Assembly (NCBI GenBank): GCA_965235115.1
Contig: OZ249440.1
Location: 34,350,001-34,414,000 of the forward strand
DNA from: Laetmonice hystrix
Taxonomy: Eukaryota
Direction: 5' to 3'
Length of the DNA: 64,000 nucleotides
The first letter of the stretch is position 1. Each line of letters begins with the position of its first letter. The position numbers and the translations under genes were made by a program. Positions 13,176 through 26,304 of the stretch are shown here, piece after piece. Under the pieces are notes generated by a model that was not told where the DNA came from, made no database searches, and saw only the letters and a list, made by a program, of their open reading frames with translations.

Positions 13176-16100
13176 ATGGAAGAACCAAGTGTATGCCGTC
13201 AGCTAGGTATATCGTTCAACAGTCGGGAAGTATTTTTATCCTCCATGAGAAATGTACTCAAGGATGATTTTACCAACAAGGCAGCATATGAGGTGTTCTG
13301 TCATATGATTCAGAAGACAAACAATGTTTTGACATGGAAAGATGTGAAGCTAGGCATTGGCAACATGCTTAACACTGATCTTTCTACCATGCCAGACCAG
13401 ACACTTCGAAGTAGCATTGAGAACATCAAAAAGCAACGAAGCAGTCATCTGAAGCACAGAACCCTGTCTGAACTTGACAATTTCCTCTGCCAGGCATGGA
13501 CACTACCAAAATATGGAGGTCGACCAAAGACAAAACATACTATTAAACCCAATGCCACTATGGAGCCTTCTAACAAAAGGGGGAAATTTGAATCTTTTGC
13601 TGAAACCATTATGAATGAAAATACAGTGAAGTTGGTGACAGAGCTGAAAAACATGGAAAAGAAGGCAGAAGGTCTTGAAATGGAAGTCAGACAGTTAATC
13701 AGAAAATCAAAAGCTGAAAAGTCACATTACAGAGTTGAAGGCAAGAATAGCTGCACTGAATCCAAAAAGAGTCAACCAATCCTTAAAAAGAAAGACTCAG
13801 TCTGTGACGAAATGGACCAAGAAATACCAGGATCTGAAGAAGGCTTCTAAAAAGGTATTATTGCTACAAAATCAAAACCAACATCAACGGGAATATATCC
13901 GACAGCTCAAGAATGCAAAGATTAAGCGACATAAACGACAAAAAGAACTGAGACAAAGGCACAAGGAACAGAGCAGTGCAAAGATAAACCGAGCAGTGTC
14001 AGCATATCAACAAAAACTCTGTGTCAAAGAGAAGGAAGTTCTGGAAAGGAAAAAAACCATCAATATCCTTGAAAATGAACTGTTAATGGACACGAAGACA
14101 GACACAACTGATATATCAACAAAGATAAATGGAAAAACCTACTGCCCTGAGATTCTTGACGCCTGTTATGTTCTTCAGAGTAGCGGGGTACCACAAAACA
14201 GAGTTTCCTCAGTGCTGCACCATATAACCAAGTCTTTGACATCACATGAAATTCGGGGTAGTGTGCCTTCGTATGGAACCCAAAATACATTCGTTAAAGA
14301 AATGAAAGCTCTTGCAAGGCAGCAGGTACAAGATGCAGTCAGTGACAAAGAGAACAATACATTGAAATTTGACGGAACAACCAAAACGTTAGGCCACATG
14401 GTAAATATAGAAGTCGGAACTAAGGAGGGGTCCTACCTGGCCGGACTCCAACTACAAAGTGGAGGCACAGCACAAAGTTATGTTGAAACAATAAACAGAA
14501 AGCTCCAGCAGGTTGATGATGTTGGTGCCAATGACTACCCCGTACTCTCAACTATCAGCAACACTATGAGTGACAGGTGTTTGACTAACCAGGCAATTGA
14601 AAGGGAACTTTCCATCCTGACTGACAAGAACCTAAATAACTTTAAGTGTTCAATGCACCCACTGGACAGCATGGCCAAAGCTTGTGAGCAGGTGGTTCGA
14701 ACATATGAAACAACAAAAAATCTGAATCAAAGCAAGAAGCCGGGTGCAAAGTATCCATACAACAATCGCAATCAATCCATGACCAAGTCACTAGTTAGAA
14801 CCACAGCTAAAATCTTCCACAGTGCACAGTACAGCTGTAGTGAAGATCTAACACTACATCTTCAAAACACAACAAACGTCTGTGATGAAGGTTCTAGAAG
14901 AGCTGTCCTCTACTACCGTTTTGTGGGAAACCGTTTTCACATGCTTTTCCTGAGTAGTGGTTTGCTATATCATTATCAAGATGCCATCATTGATTTCTTT
15001 ACTAACACATTTCTACCAAAGAATGCTGTGCACTGGGCAGTCCTCAATGGACTGAAGCTACCTGACATAAACATTACCCTTCGAGCCTTAGGCTTGATAG
15101 GGAAAACAGTAACTGGTCCCTGGATGCAACTTGTGGGCAAGAACCTCCCCATCCTTGCCATGAATCCATACTTCAAAGAAGCTCGGCACAAATTGTCAGC
15201 ATGGTCACAGGACTCCAGCCCTCTCCTGACATGCAAGCCACCCACTGTCTTCTCTGACTACCCGGTTCTGGAAGATGGAGTGCTCACAGGGTTGCTGCGT
15301 ACAACTTCAACTCAGGTATTAACAGTTGTAATAATTTTATTGCTAAAATGTTCAATTTTATAATAATTACAGTATTTAGCAATTTCATTTATAATTCACA
15401 CCAAATGTACCATCTCTGTATGTTTTGCTGCACATCTCCAGTTGTAGAGCAACTATTCCAATGAAATAATCTGTAATATTGTAGGAATTAGACCCTTTTA
15501 TTGATATATTCTTAGCTATTCATATGTCATCATAATGTAAAGAAAGATATGATTAATAGATTTTATCTATGAAATTTTTAATATTTGATAAGGAAAACAT
15601 CCAAATTGGCAAGCGAGGGTTTCCAGCACTGTCTGTGTCTAAACAAAATTAAAATGCTCCATTTCTTATAATCTAGGATACAGGATTTCTGTTAGACCTG
15701 CTCAGAGACCTTAGCTCAGCCTGCCTTGCTGTCCTAGACCGCCAACTGCAGACACAGCTACCTGGTGGATTGTTCTGGCAGCCAAGCGTTGACCTGGAAC
15801 AAGCAGCAGAGTCATGTGTGAACCATAACATAGGCTGTGAACGAGCGTTCGCTTTGGCTGATGGGGAGATGACTAGAGCTCGGCACTGCACCATTGGATA
15901 TGTTGAAGGAAAGGTATAGAGGCTTATTCTCACCAAACAGGAAATATGAATTTTTATTATATGGGTGAGCCGTGCCGATATCGCACTTGTTGCTTCAGAA
16001 TGCCGTATTGGCGCTTTCTAAAACAACTCGTGCATAAAACCCAGTATCGTTCAATAAGTGTATAGTATTTTATTTACTAGCATACCAAGGAAAAATTTTT

Positions 16101-16845
16101 GCAACATACACTTTGGCTGGCGACATAGGTAATAAGTGTCTCCATATCCTTTTTCTACTTGAAGGTAATGTTCAAGGCCAATAAGACGGCAGAGTGGCTG
16201 ATGGCCATCAAGGAAGAAAGAGACCAAAAAACGAAACTAGCAATCAAGCAAGCCTCCACAATCAAAAGTGAAGAGTACCAAGACAAGGAACGTTTAAAAG
16301 CACAACTAAAACAAAAACTTAAAGAGTCCCGCATGCGACTACGAATAAAAGAGGATAAAGACAGGAACAAGTTTGAGGAGTGGCTAGAAAATGTGTTCAG
16401 CTATGGTGGCCTCTGGCAGACTGAGACTGAAGCAACGACGGTCATTAGTACTCTCTCAAAAACCAAGAGGGTGCAAGCTGTAAAAAGCCAAATCAACGTG
16501 CGAGTCAAGGTGCTGAAGTCATCACCCACTGTAACGATAGCTCTAACTAAAAGCACAGAAGATGAGCTGTTTACCTACCTTGTCGGTCTGGTCATGTCCA
16601 ACGTACCTGCTGATCAGCAGGAGCTTTACCAGCTTTTGCTGAATCCTCTAGATGTCATTGGAATGACCTTTCAACAGCTCTGGAATGAAAATGCAGAAGA
16701 CAAATGGTTTGAGGGGAAAGTGGCTGATTATAAGCCATCAGTCGATTAGTTCCAACTGGCTTACCACACTGAGGAGGAACCATCGTACATGACAACAGCT
16801 GAATTTCTCACAGACATAATTCGGGAAGATATTATTCCCCAATAG
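13176..16845 (+). pseudogene. Spliced hAT-type DDE transposase (one frameshift, one late stop)
   Basis: Exons 13176-15315 (frameshift near 13700-13740), 15677-15913 and 16165-16845 with phase-0 GT-AG introns. Motifs LKFDGTT, TMSDR, CSMH, GNRFH, HNIGCERAF. TAG at 16747 with the frame continuing to 16845. Confidence 0.8.
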
Positions 16846-18905
16846 GTACTGTACAATTATACTTAAACATTAGACTGATTACATACCATTACCACTCAGT
16901 ACTAGTGACATGCTTTTTCCTTCAGAAGATTTGTCTTTCCCAAATATAATCGCTATTTTGAATATGTTTGAATAATGTGTAAATAATGTGGCAATATATA
17001 TGTCTAAGAATACACAATTATCACTGCAGAACATTTTTTAAAGCCTGGTGATTCATGTTTCCAAGTGTATTTCTTATTCTTCGTACATGTATCCTGTTCC
17101 TCAACCATTCCCTAGCAATACGCATGCTGAATTTCTCACAGACATAATTTGGGGAGATATTATTCTCCAATAGGTAGTATGCTAGTACTGTACAAAAACG
17201 TTATACTAATTACATACCACTACCACTTAGTTACAGTACTGTACTAGTGACATGCTTTTTTCCCCCCGCATAGGATCCGTCTTTGCTAAAGCCTAAACGT
17301 ATTGTAAATAATGTAAATAATGTAGCAATGTCGAGGATGTGTCTTTGCCAAACCTAATCTCTGGATCTTGTATGTTTGAATAGCATGTCTGTAAAAAGTG
17401 TGACAATATAGATGACTAAGAATAATATACACCATTATCACTGTGGAGAAGATTCTTTGAAAACGTGGTGATATAGCATGTTTCCAAGTGAATTTCTTAT
17501 CTTTCCTATATCCTGTTCCTCAACCCGAGCATCACACATACCTCTAGATGCCATTGAAGACCTGTGCTTTAAGGAGAATTTCACACATCCTTCTTCTGTT
17601 CCTCCGGGAGGTGATGCTGCAAGCGTACGTCCAGTCAAAAAAAGCCTCGCACAAAAAAAGTGCAGATACCATGTGTCCCTTCTTTTTAGTGCAAATACCC
17701 CTGTATGCATGCTATAATGATGTCTTAGTAACCATGGCAACTGTAAAAAGTGTACTGCAATTGTATAAAGAAATATGACCCCTTCTACCGAGAAAGGAGT
17801 CTGAGGTAACACTAGGCATACCTGGTGCACCCCAATAAAAATAACCGTTTACATAAAGTCTAAACGGTGTTTTTGTCAAATTTTTGCATTTGACCTTGGA
17901 TGATGTGACCTTGACCTTGAGTCAAGGTCAAGGTCGCAACATTTTTTGACCTTGTATCTATGTAAGAATGTTTGACTAAAGTTTCAAAGGCATTCATCAA
18001 ATAGATCCAGAAGGATTGATTCTTCCATGTTTTTTTAAAATTAGTTTAAAGAAATTGCTGGTTTCCATGGCAACCACTGTATCGTACTCTATCGGTGTGC
18101 TATCCGTGTGCCAAAAGTATAACATCAAAATTTGTGTACGTGTACTTTCTCTGAAAAAAAAAATTAGTTTTAGAGCCTACTTGGATTTTAATGTTGTAGA
18201 GACTGATATTAGTTATTTGAGATCCACTGGGGTTCTACTAAATTACCCATTTATACTATAAAAGGTCACAACCTTTTCCTATGGAAATAGAGGACAAAAG
18301 TCAGGTTAATTATGGATTTTCAAATGGGTGTAACTTCAGAGTAAGCTATCGTCATAATTTAAAAAGTGTAATACTTTTCTGACCAAGTTCTTTCTTATAA
18401 GACTACTTACACAGATAAGATGTGATTTTGAAAATTTTACTGATATACCTAGTCATGTTGTCTGTATCAATAGTTCACAAGCGCATCATCACATAACCCC
18501 CCCCCCCCGGTGGCGCTCCTAGGGTAAGATTTTACCCTTATCCATTTCTATTTTTTAGCAAGCAGCTAGGTCTTACTTTTCTATGTCTTACTTTTCTAGA
18601 CACCCTGAGGAAAAGTAAGACCTAGAAAAGTAAGACCTAGAAAAGTAAGACCTAGAAAAGTAAGACCCCCCCGGTGGCGCCCCTAGCGTCAGTTCGGAGT
18701 AAGATTTTACCCTTATCCATTTCTATTTTTTAGCAAGCGGTTACACTCTAAAAACATGAAACTGAAGATGCTGCTGATGTCCTCAATGTCTGAGGGCGAT
18801 ACTAGCTAGTTTCCTATTTATTAGTTGGGTTTAGTTTAATAGCTTAGATCTCTAAATAGCATCCATAATTAGAGCATTAATTATACTGAACCTGTAGGGC
18901 TCCAG

Positions 18906-19776
18906 GGGGGTGTTTCACTAACAAGCTTTAGTCTGACCCAGTCGGACCGTCCGTCCCTTGAAAAGTCGGACATGCGACGGACAGTGTCCAAAAAGTGTTT
19001 CACTAAGCTCATCCTACCATGGTCCGACGGACTGTCCGACGCTGCCATGCCGACATAACAATAGACAAAGGGTGACGTCACAATACCACGTCGAACAAAC
19101 GTGCATTCCCTTGATCTACTTATATATTCTGGCGGTTTGTGACGTACAAAAGATGTTTTGAGACATTTTCTCACTCGGCAATAGCTCTCACTGATTTTTA
19201 TTGTGTGATCTTCCATTATTAGCCTGTATGATGCAGATTTGATATATTTAATAGATATAAAACCTGTCACTTTTCGGCCACAGATACGTTGCTAACGTTG
19301 TCCTGACCCAAGGTCAATTTTTTCCTTCCGGGTCATATATTGAGGTTTGAGAAGATTACGTCACAATCTAAGTGGGTCAATCTGGCACAGCCACATGCTT
19401 GCAGAATATCGGTTCACTTGTAAACAATCGATGTCTGTGAATGCTATAATTATCAGATACATCTAATAAGGGTACGAATACAAATATGAAAACATTCACG
19501 ACAGGAGGAGTGCACTTTAAACATTAGTAAGGACGACGGAATTTCGCAAATTGGCTGCCAAAGTTGACATGTCGAGAATCAAACAGTAGTTGGTCCGCCA
19601 TGTTTTTTGGTCCGACCGCCGTGTAGGACAACTCCCGAGTTGTCCTAGAAAGTCGGACAGTCCGACTGGGTCGGACAGTTTAGTGAAACACTTTTTTACA
19701 ACACAGACAGTCCGACTGGGTCGGACATGGTCCGTCGTCCGGTCGGACTGTCCGTCGACGTTAGTGAAACACCCCC
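18906..19776. mobile_element. PIF/Harbinger-like MITE
   Basis: TIR GGGGGTGTTTCACTAAC / GTTAGTGAAACACCCCC, 3-bp TSD CAG, internal GTCGGAC/GTCCGAC motifs. Confidence 0.8.
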
Positions 19777-21405
19777 CAGATCCGTTTGTAAAGTGTATTA
19801 TACAGCTCGTTTTTCTGTGACCACATGTCTTTTTAACAGTAAAAAATATGAACATACTATTTTCAGAGACTCCTGTAGAACAGAAGTGTTTAAAGATAGG
19901 CCTCAGTCGTTCTAGTTATAATTGTGCTCCAATCCTGAGAGCATGTACTATTTTTGTGGCAATTTTCAATATTTTATTTAATTGCGTTTCCGTGTGACAC
20001 TGCATTTTCTACCCGTAACCAAGCAAAAGTGACAGGGCCTCGACTGAAAGGCCATCTGGTGGATGTCATGGCCCATTACGCCACAACAGGAACTCGCCCA
20101 CTGAACTGTCACAGACCACCGTCCATTATAAGCCTATCGCCTAGCACACAGCGAGTCGAGAAAGTGATAAGTATAGTGAGTTAGGTTCCGTTTTTAGTGA
20201 GGAGACGGATGTTCTCAACTGAAAATTGATGAATTCATGTTGACTCCCATTGGAAATATATAGGCCTACGGAGGCTACGGCAGGCTGCAGCCTGAATTTT
20301 TAACAGTGCGGGAGTGCAGCACTGACACACGCAATGGCGACTCCAACAGTAAACTGAGTGACAGTGGGACAGTGCTTATGTCGAGTCTTGAGCTCCGCTT
20401 GCTTATACAGTGCCAACACGCAAATTCGAAACCCCACGAAACAAAAAGTCAAAAGTAAAAACACTCCTAAACACGACAGCCTAGGCCTACGTACCGGATT
20501 AAAACTCCACACTAGTAAACAAATACCCCTGCTTAATATCTAGTAAATTTTATTCGAATTGTCCGAAACATATAAATGTTTCTGTATAGATCTAGGCCTC
20601 GGCTTTCCTAGACCCCTCTCCGATGTAGGCCTAGCGAAAGCCACGCTATGCACGGCTTGGCTACTGACGGCCAACTGAGCTGCAGTGCCGGTAGGCTGAC
20701 GCTCTGTCAAAGCTTCGCGTTCAATCACATAGGCGGGGCGGGGCAGCATCATTTTCTTCTTCTTTTTTAATATTTACTGAAATTACTCTTCAAAAACCTC
20801 CATGTCCGTGCTGCCCACATTTCTCTAGACTAGTCCGAGTGATGACGTGCTTCCACTGTCAACTAGTCTAGACTAGTCTAGAGTAAGTCGAGTACTAACA
20901 CTACCAGTCAGATTCGGGCTAAGCCTAAGGCTAAGGATAGGCCAGCTTCGGACTGTGCACTTGCCTTGGGCAAAAGTTACAGAATAATTCCACGCTAAGA
21001 CCTAAGTTTTTCCGAAGCCTGTGGCAGCTTGTTTATCATTATAGCTGACTTTGAGTTTTACCAGAAGAAAATAGATTATTCACAAGCACGCGTAAAATCT
21101 GCTTTGCTGTGGCGGACAATGCCTCTCTACGCCTAGGCCTAGCCCGACGTGTTCCTGTTGTGTCGTCACGACTCTCGTTTCCAAGCATCCCCAGCCAGAA
21201 CTGGCAGAAGTAGGCCCTCTATTATACAGTGGTCTGACACAAATAACAATGCAGTCCACAGATACGAGCGTTTGGATTATGATTTTTGAAACATAAATCT
21301 TTGACATAGTAAGTACAAGGAGAGTTTTAAAGAAATCACTGAGGCTACGCTTTAACAATATTTAATAGTAGTGTACTTTTTTAGAATAAAATATATTTTT
21401 TACCA

Positions 21406-22578
21406 GTGATAGTCGCCGATTTTTTAAAGAGGCCAGACAATTCCTATGAACTGCCTGCAAAGAAAGACCAAATAAGAGGCCACGGAAAGTTTGCCCTAAC
21501 TGACACTCTTTCACACCTCCATTCCAAATTTTCCCAAGAATTTCCTGAGATCAAGATCTCTAAGAATGTTACTTTGGTATGCTACACTAGGAGGCGACAG
21601 TGTCTGTGTCAAAGGCATGCGAATGTAGCGCTAAAGGTGCAAGCTGCTAAAGTGCTCCCCAGATCAGCAGAGCAGTTAGTAGGGATGAGTGACATCGACA
21701 TCCGACAAAAGATGGAAGAAGTAAAGTACACCACTTGGCTTCGTTCAGATGTTGAGTACAATGGCAAAATCATCAAAAAGGCAAAGTTATGTGATGTTGT
21801 CGTTGAGCAGAAGAAAGAAGAATTCATTGAGGACTTTATGACAGCCATGCCCGAATTCCGAAAACACTGTCAGCGCATTACTGCCCAATACACACAAGTA
21901 TGGGTTTTAAAAGAGAGTTTACTTCCTGAGAGAGAAATTACAGTGCAAATGGACTATGCCGAAAATTGGGCCACAAAATACCAGGATGAGATTTCTTCTG
22001 TCTACTATGACAAATCTCAAATCAGTCTTCACCCAATGGTTGTTCACTGTAAAACTGAAGAAGGGAAACTTGTTTCACAAAGTTTTGTGGGAGTCAGTTC
22101 AGAAGGAAATCACAGTGCTCCAACAACCTATGCCTTTGTCACAGCTTTAATCAAAGAGGTAAAGAGGCATTTTCCATGCCTCACTACTGTTCACTTTATT
22201 ACAGACAGCCCCTCTTCTCAATAGAAATCGCACAATCATCGCTCTCATTGCCAAATTTCATTCCATATTTGGTCTCGAAGAGTCTTGGTCATGGCTGGAA
22301 GCAGGGCATGGGAAGGGCCCGTGCGATGGGGTGGGGGGGGGGGGGGCAGTGTTAAAAAAAAGGCAGACAACCTTGTCAAAAGTGGGGTGATTATCCGAGA
22401 CGCTGATGAATTCTGCAAAGCCTTTGAAGAGAGCAGTTCCTCAACAGTCAAACTCCTACATGTAAAGCCTGATATAATTGCAAAGAGTAAGAAAGCCATG
22501 GAGGGATGGAAGCCTGCCCCTGTTCCTGGACTGATGTCCATTCACAGTGTGGTATACCGGCAGGGCCAACTCTCATGA
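21406..22578 (+). pseudogene. Degraded Sola2-like transposase
   Basis: Motifs CLCQRH, MDYAENW, SLHP, TDSPSSQ, then after a break EAGHGKGPCDGVGG; frameshifts at about 22222 and in the poly-G run at about 22335. Element ends not identified. Confidence 0.75.
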
Positions 22579-22694
22579 TGCGCGAAACATCATGTTTAGA
22601 ATCATGTTGTTATGATCAGGGGGGACATTTCCACCCCTCATGTGATGGCTGGCGACAAACATAATATCAACGTCACATACGCAGTAGAAATAAC

Positions 22695-23000
22695 TTTGAC
22701 AGAACGGACAGAGACTGATAGCAAAGACAAGACAGAAGGCAGCACGACAGAACAGATAGAGAATGACAAGGACATAGACAAGAGAGAAGGCACACCAACA
22801 GAACAAACAGAGACTGATGATGACAAGACAAGACAGAAGGCACAAAGACAGAACAGACAAAGATTGACAGAGACAAGACAGAAGGGCCGACAACAGAACA
22901 GACACAGATTGACAATGACAGAGACAAGACAGGAGGCACAACAACAGAAGAGACAGAGATTGAGAATGATGACCCAGAAAAGACAGAAGGCCCAACAGTA
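22695..23000. repeat. Degenerate minisatellite of about 39-45 bp
   Basis: Repeating gacaagacagaaggc...cagaacagacagagattga units. Confidence 0.75.
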
Positions 23001-23219
23001 TCGGTCAGTAATGGCTCGTAAATCATCACTCTGTATGGCAAAGTACTTCATGTCAACTGCGATAACACTCTCACAGTTTCATATATGAAACCCACAAAAG
23101 GCAAATGGAAATGGGGCCAACAGAATATTGGGGACATCACAAAAGATGAAATTCTCATGATTGTTTCCCAGCCCCATTCGGTTGGTAATCTGGTAGACAT
23201 AAAAGATGAGGAGAACACT

Positions 23220-23568
23220 GGGGGATCCAGGGGGAGGGGCCCAAGGGGCCCGGGCGCGCCCCCCCCCCCTTAAATTTTCCTTCCGCCCGTTTTTTTTAAG
23301 AAGATGCATTATTCAGACCCTGAAACCAGTATAATGTATTCCTACAAAATTCATTTTTTAAAAAGCCTCCTATATTGTACGTGATAGTAACATCGGGCCC
23401 AAAAGGGCCTCCTCAGTCATTCAGGAGCAACATAACTCTGGGCCATGCAGCATTGAAATAAACCAAAAGGGGCCCGAAACGGCCCCGATCACAATAAAAT
23501 CATGCCGAGCGTAGCTAGGCTAAAAATTTTTTAGGTGGGCTCCCCCTTATCAAAATCCTGGATCCCCC
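23220..23568. mobile_element. MITE with 3-bp TSD (Harbinger-like)
   Basis: GGGGGATCCAGG / CCTGGATCCCCC flanked by ACT on both sides. Confidence 0.65.
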
Positions 23569-23656
23569 ACTGGGAAAAAAGAAGTACAAGAAAGGTTTCA
23601 GCAATTTTTGGCTTCAAATTGAAACCGAGCGTACACACAAATCAAACATCGTTTAA

Positions 23657-24261
23657 AGAGACGCGTCACTTTTCTCAGTGGCGCCACCTCGTGGCAATTG
23701 ACGAACTCTATTTTTACACGTTGCAACACGTTTTTTACGTCACTCAATGCTGTCAACAACACGGCAATGCAGAGGCAGAGTCAAGTCTGGCCGCTTCGGA
23801 TCCCAGAAACAGTTTGACAAAAGGCTTCACGATGCCAGAAAAATGTACTTGACTATGTGTTTTAACATTGGAGTCTATGGGACCGATAAGACCCTTGGTA
23901 GTGAAAATGTCGATATCTCATGAATTTCCATGGTGACATATGATTTTTTTTAATCTAAAGTGTTCAAAACAAGTCATGCAACAATTCTGAGAAGTATTTT
24001 CAGAATCTCTGGGTTGGAAATGTCTGAAAAAAATCTTCTCTCTTCTAATTCGAACCAAAAATTTCACGTATCTCTCTCTACTGTAGACTGTAGTAGTGCG
24101 AGTTGAAGGCCTATCTTCAAATGCTCATAACTCAGGATCCGATATGGTGACCCACCATTTTCTTTGCACCAAAATACTCGAAAAATGTAGAATTATTTTA
24201 TGTGAAAGTAGCCTGAAAATCTCTGGGTCAGAAATTTTTGGCTTATTGGTGTCGAGTCCCT
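23657..24261. mobile_element. Kolobok-like MITE
   Basis: TTAA|AGAGACGCGTCAC ... GTGTCGAGTCCCT|TTAA; imperfect TIR (10 of 13). Confidence 0.55.
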
Positions 24262-25412
24262 TTAAAAGTTCTCAAAACATTGCACAGTTATATTTCACTG
24301 TTATATTTCAAAGAATTGACTCTTTTATTGGTAAAAAAAAATGCCTGAGCGTTTGAGATGAACAAACGTTTGAAACTAAACTGCATAAAGAAACTGCATG
24401 GTGAGACCAAGCAGAAAACAAACCAAAAGAGATTTTAAAAAAAAACGTAGGGTATATTTTATTGCAATAAAGTTGATAAGTTTAAGAATCACTTTGTCAT
24501 TTATGACCCAGTGAAATTGATGAACAGCTAGTATAATGTGAAACCGAGCGTATACATGAAAATGAGCGTATACAAGCTTTTCACAGATCACAGGTCTGTA
24601 TTTTATCACTGAAAGTATAAAAAATAGGAAAAATACGTCTAACTATGTAGATTGACTAAGATTACTATAATATAATGTTGCCAGCCTTTTCTGTCACCAG
24701 CCTTTGCTAAGTATACTATATTACAGAAAGTATGAAATTTGGCTAAAACTGCAAATTGAGCAAGGAAAAACATTTTAAACATCATCTGAGATATCCACAG
24801 AGACATTCGGCATTTCTTTTCTTCAAGAAACTCGGATGAATACATGAAACACATTTTGATACGTTCGTTATAGTTTCCTTAATTTTGCACTTCATAAAAC
24901 CGAGCATATGCCTTTTCTAAAAGTTCCCAGAAAACTAGCAAGATATCCGAAAACCATAGACAGTACGTCATTGAAAATCAAATTCTCTCGTCTATTTATA
25001 AGTGAAATTGAAGGGGTCAGTACAAGAACAAGGGTAAGTCCATTTTTCGTATTTTGAGAAAAAAAGCAAAAACATATTTTTTTCGGAAAACCCGTCTTAC
25101 GTCTTGGTAAGTGTTCTGCTGGCAAGTGGTGACTACAGTGATATAAACACAGTGAATTGTGTGTTTTTTACATATATACAGGAACAGAAAATAAGGATTT
25201 ACCGGATATGTGGGCATGCGCGAATACAAAAACACGGCCAAGTCCATTGGACTTAACCCTGTTGTTGCACTTGTACCATTATGACATAGGTGAACTCACA
25301 AATCAACGACCAATGCCTGCTTTTATTAAGAACATGAACAATGAACATGGTGCATACCCCTCTTGTGATAGGTACTATAGCAGGTGCTAAATGGCTAAAC
25401 AAAACAATACAG

Positions 25413-25751
25413 AGTGAGTGAGTGAGTAGTTGGTGTTTAACGCCCAGTCAGCAGTATTTCAGCTATTTCAGGGCGAGAACAAGGTAACTAACTCAGTCGG
25501 TGAAATCCATTGGGTGATAATGAGATGATAGGAGGAAACCTGGCATCGGGGCGAACCCCTACTCTTATCGATAGGTGCCAAGGGATCTTTAACGTGCCCC
25601 TCCACATAGACATATCGTGACACGGCCGGCCTTTGATAAAGCAGTCGGCAGCACTGCTTATGCAGGAAAGTCCGGCGCGGCTGCGGATCGAACCCAGGAC
25701 CCTTGGATCAAAGGTCCCATGCTCTAACCACTGCGCCACCCCGGTCCCCCC
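25413..25751 (-). mobile_element. Full-length tRNA-derived SINE
   Basis: Box A TGGCGCAGTGG, box B GGTTCGATCC, central CACGTTAAAGATCCC (Deu/Nin-like), (ACTC)n tail, 13-bp TSD CAAAACAATACAG. Confidence 0.9.
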
Positions 25752-26304
25752 CAAAACAATACAGTTTTAGGGATAAACTGTTTGTTAAGGAATACGCGTA
25801 CTTACCTCATAACTTAATAACATAATGAGATTTATTGCTAGTCTTTTAGCCAATGGTCAGAAATTTTCCTTCTGCGGCTGCGCGGTGACCGCGCAGCCCC
25901 CTCCCACCTGATGACGTCACCACCCGGCCCATTTGAGCTGGCTAGCTAGTCACATTTTTGTCTGACCCCCAAAAGAAAATGGGGGGACGGAGGGAGGGTT
26001 GTACTGTTATGAGGTAAATACGCGTATTCCTTAACAAACAGTTTATCCCTAAAACTGTATTGGTTAAGGTCATACGCTCCCTTACCTCATAACTTAATAA
26101 CATAATGAGATACGAGTGCTAAGCATGGGAGGAGGTAAAACAATTTACCTAAAATTTCTTTATTGTAAGAGGATCCTGTTGTCCGGAATAGTTCCTATTT
26201 CTCCGGACTTCCCGATCCACCGTCCTACATCTCCCCCTCGAGTGTTCCGCTTTTCTGATCCCACTCGCACTCCCCCCCCCCTCCCCCCTCCCCCCGGTAG
26301 ACGC

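Larger units (their letters stand above)
3723..18451 (+). mobile_element. hAT-superfamily DNA transposon with nested insertions
   Basis: Imperfect TIRs TAGGTATGTCAAT (3723) and ACTGATATACCTA (ends 18451), flanked by direct repeat GTCATGT (3716-3722, 18452-18458), or AGTCATGTT if the ends are AGG/CCT. Internal spliced transposase. Confidence 0.8.

Noticed and set aside
22573..23088. Overlapping Cys/Leu- or Gln/Arg-rich ORFs
   Set aside because: Produced by a minisatellite.
20035..24260. GGGCCTCGAC / GTCGAGTCCC as TIRs of the Sola2-like element
   Set aside because: No matching TSD; the right motif pairs better with 23657 as a TTAA-flanked MITE.
25670..25751. tRNA gene
   Set aside because: The tRNA-like head continues into a SINE body and tail, has a TSD, and a second partial copy lies at 51518.
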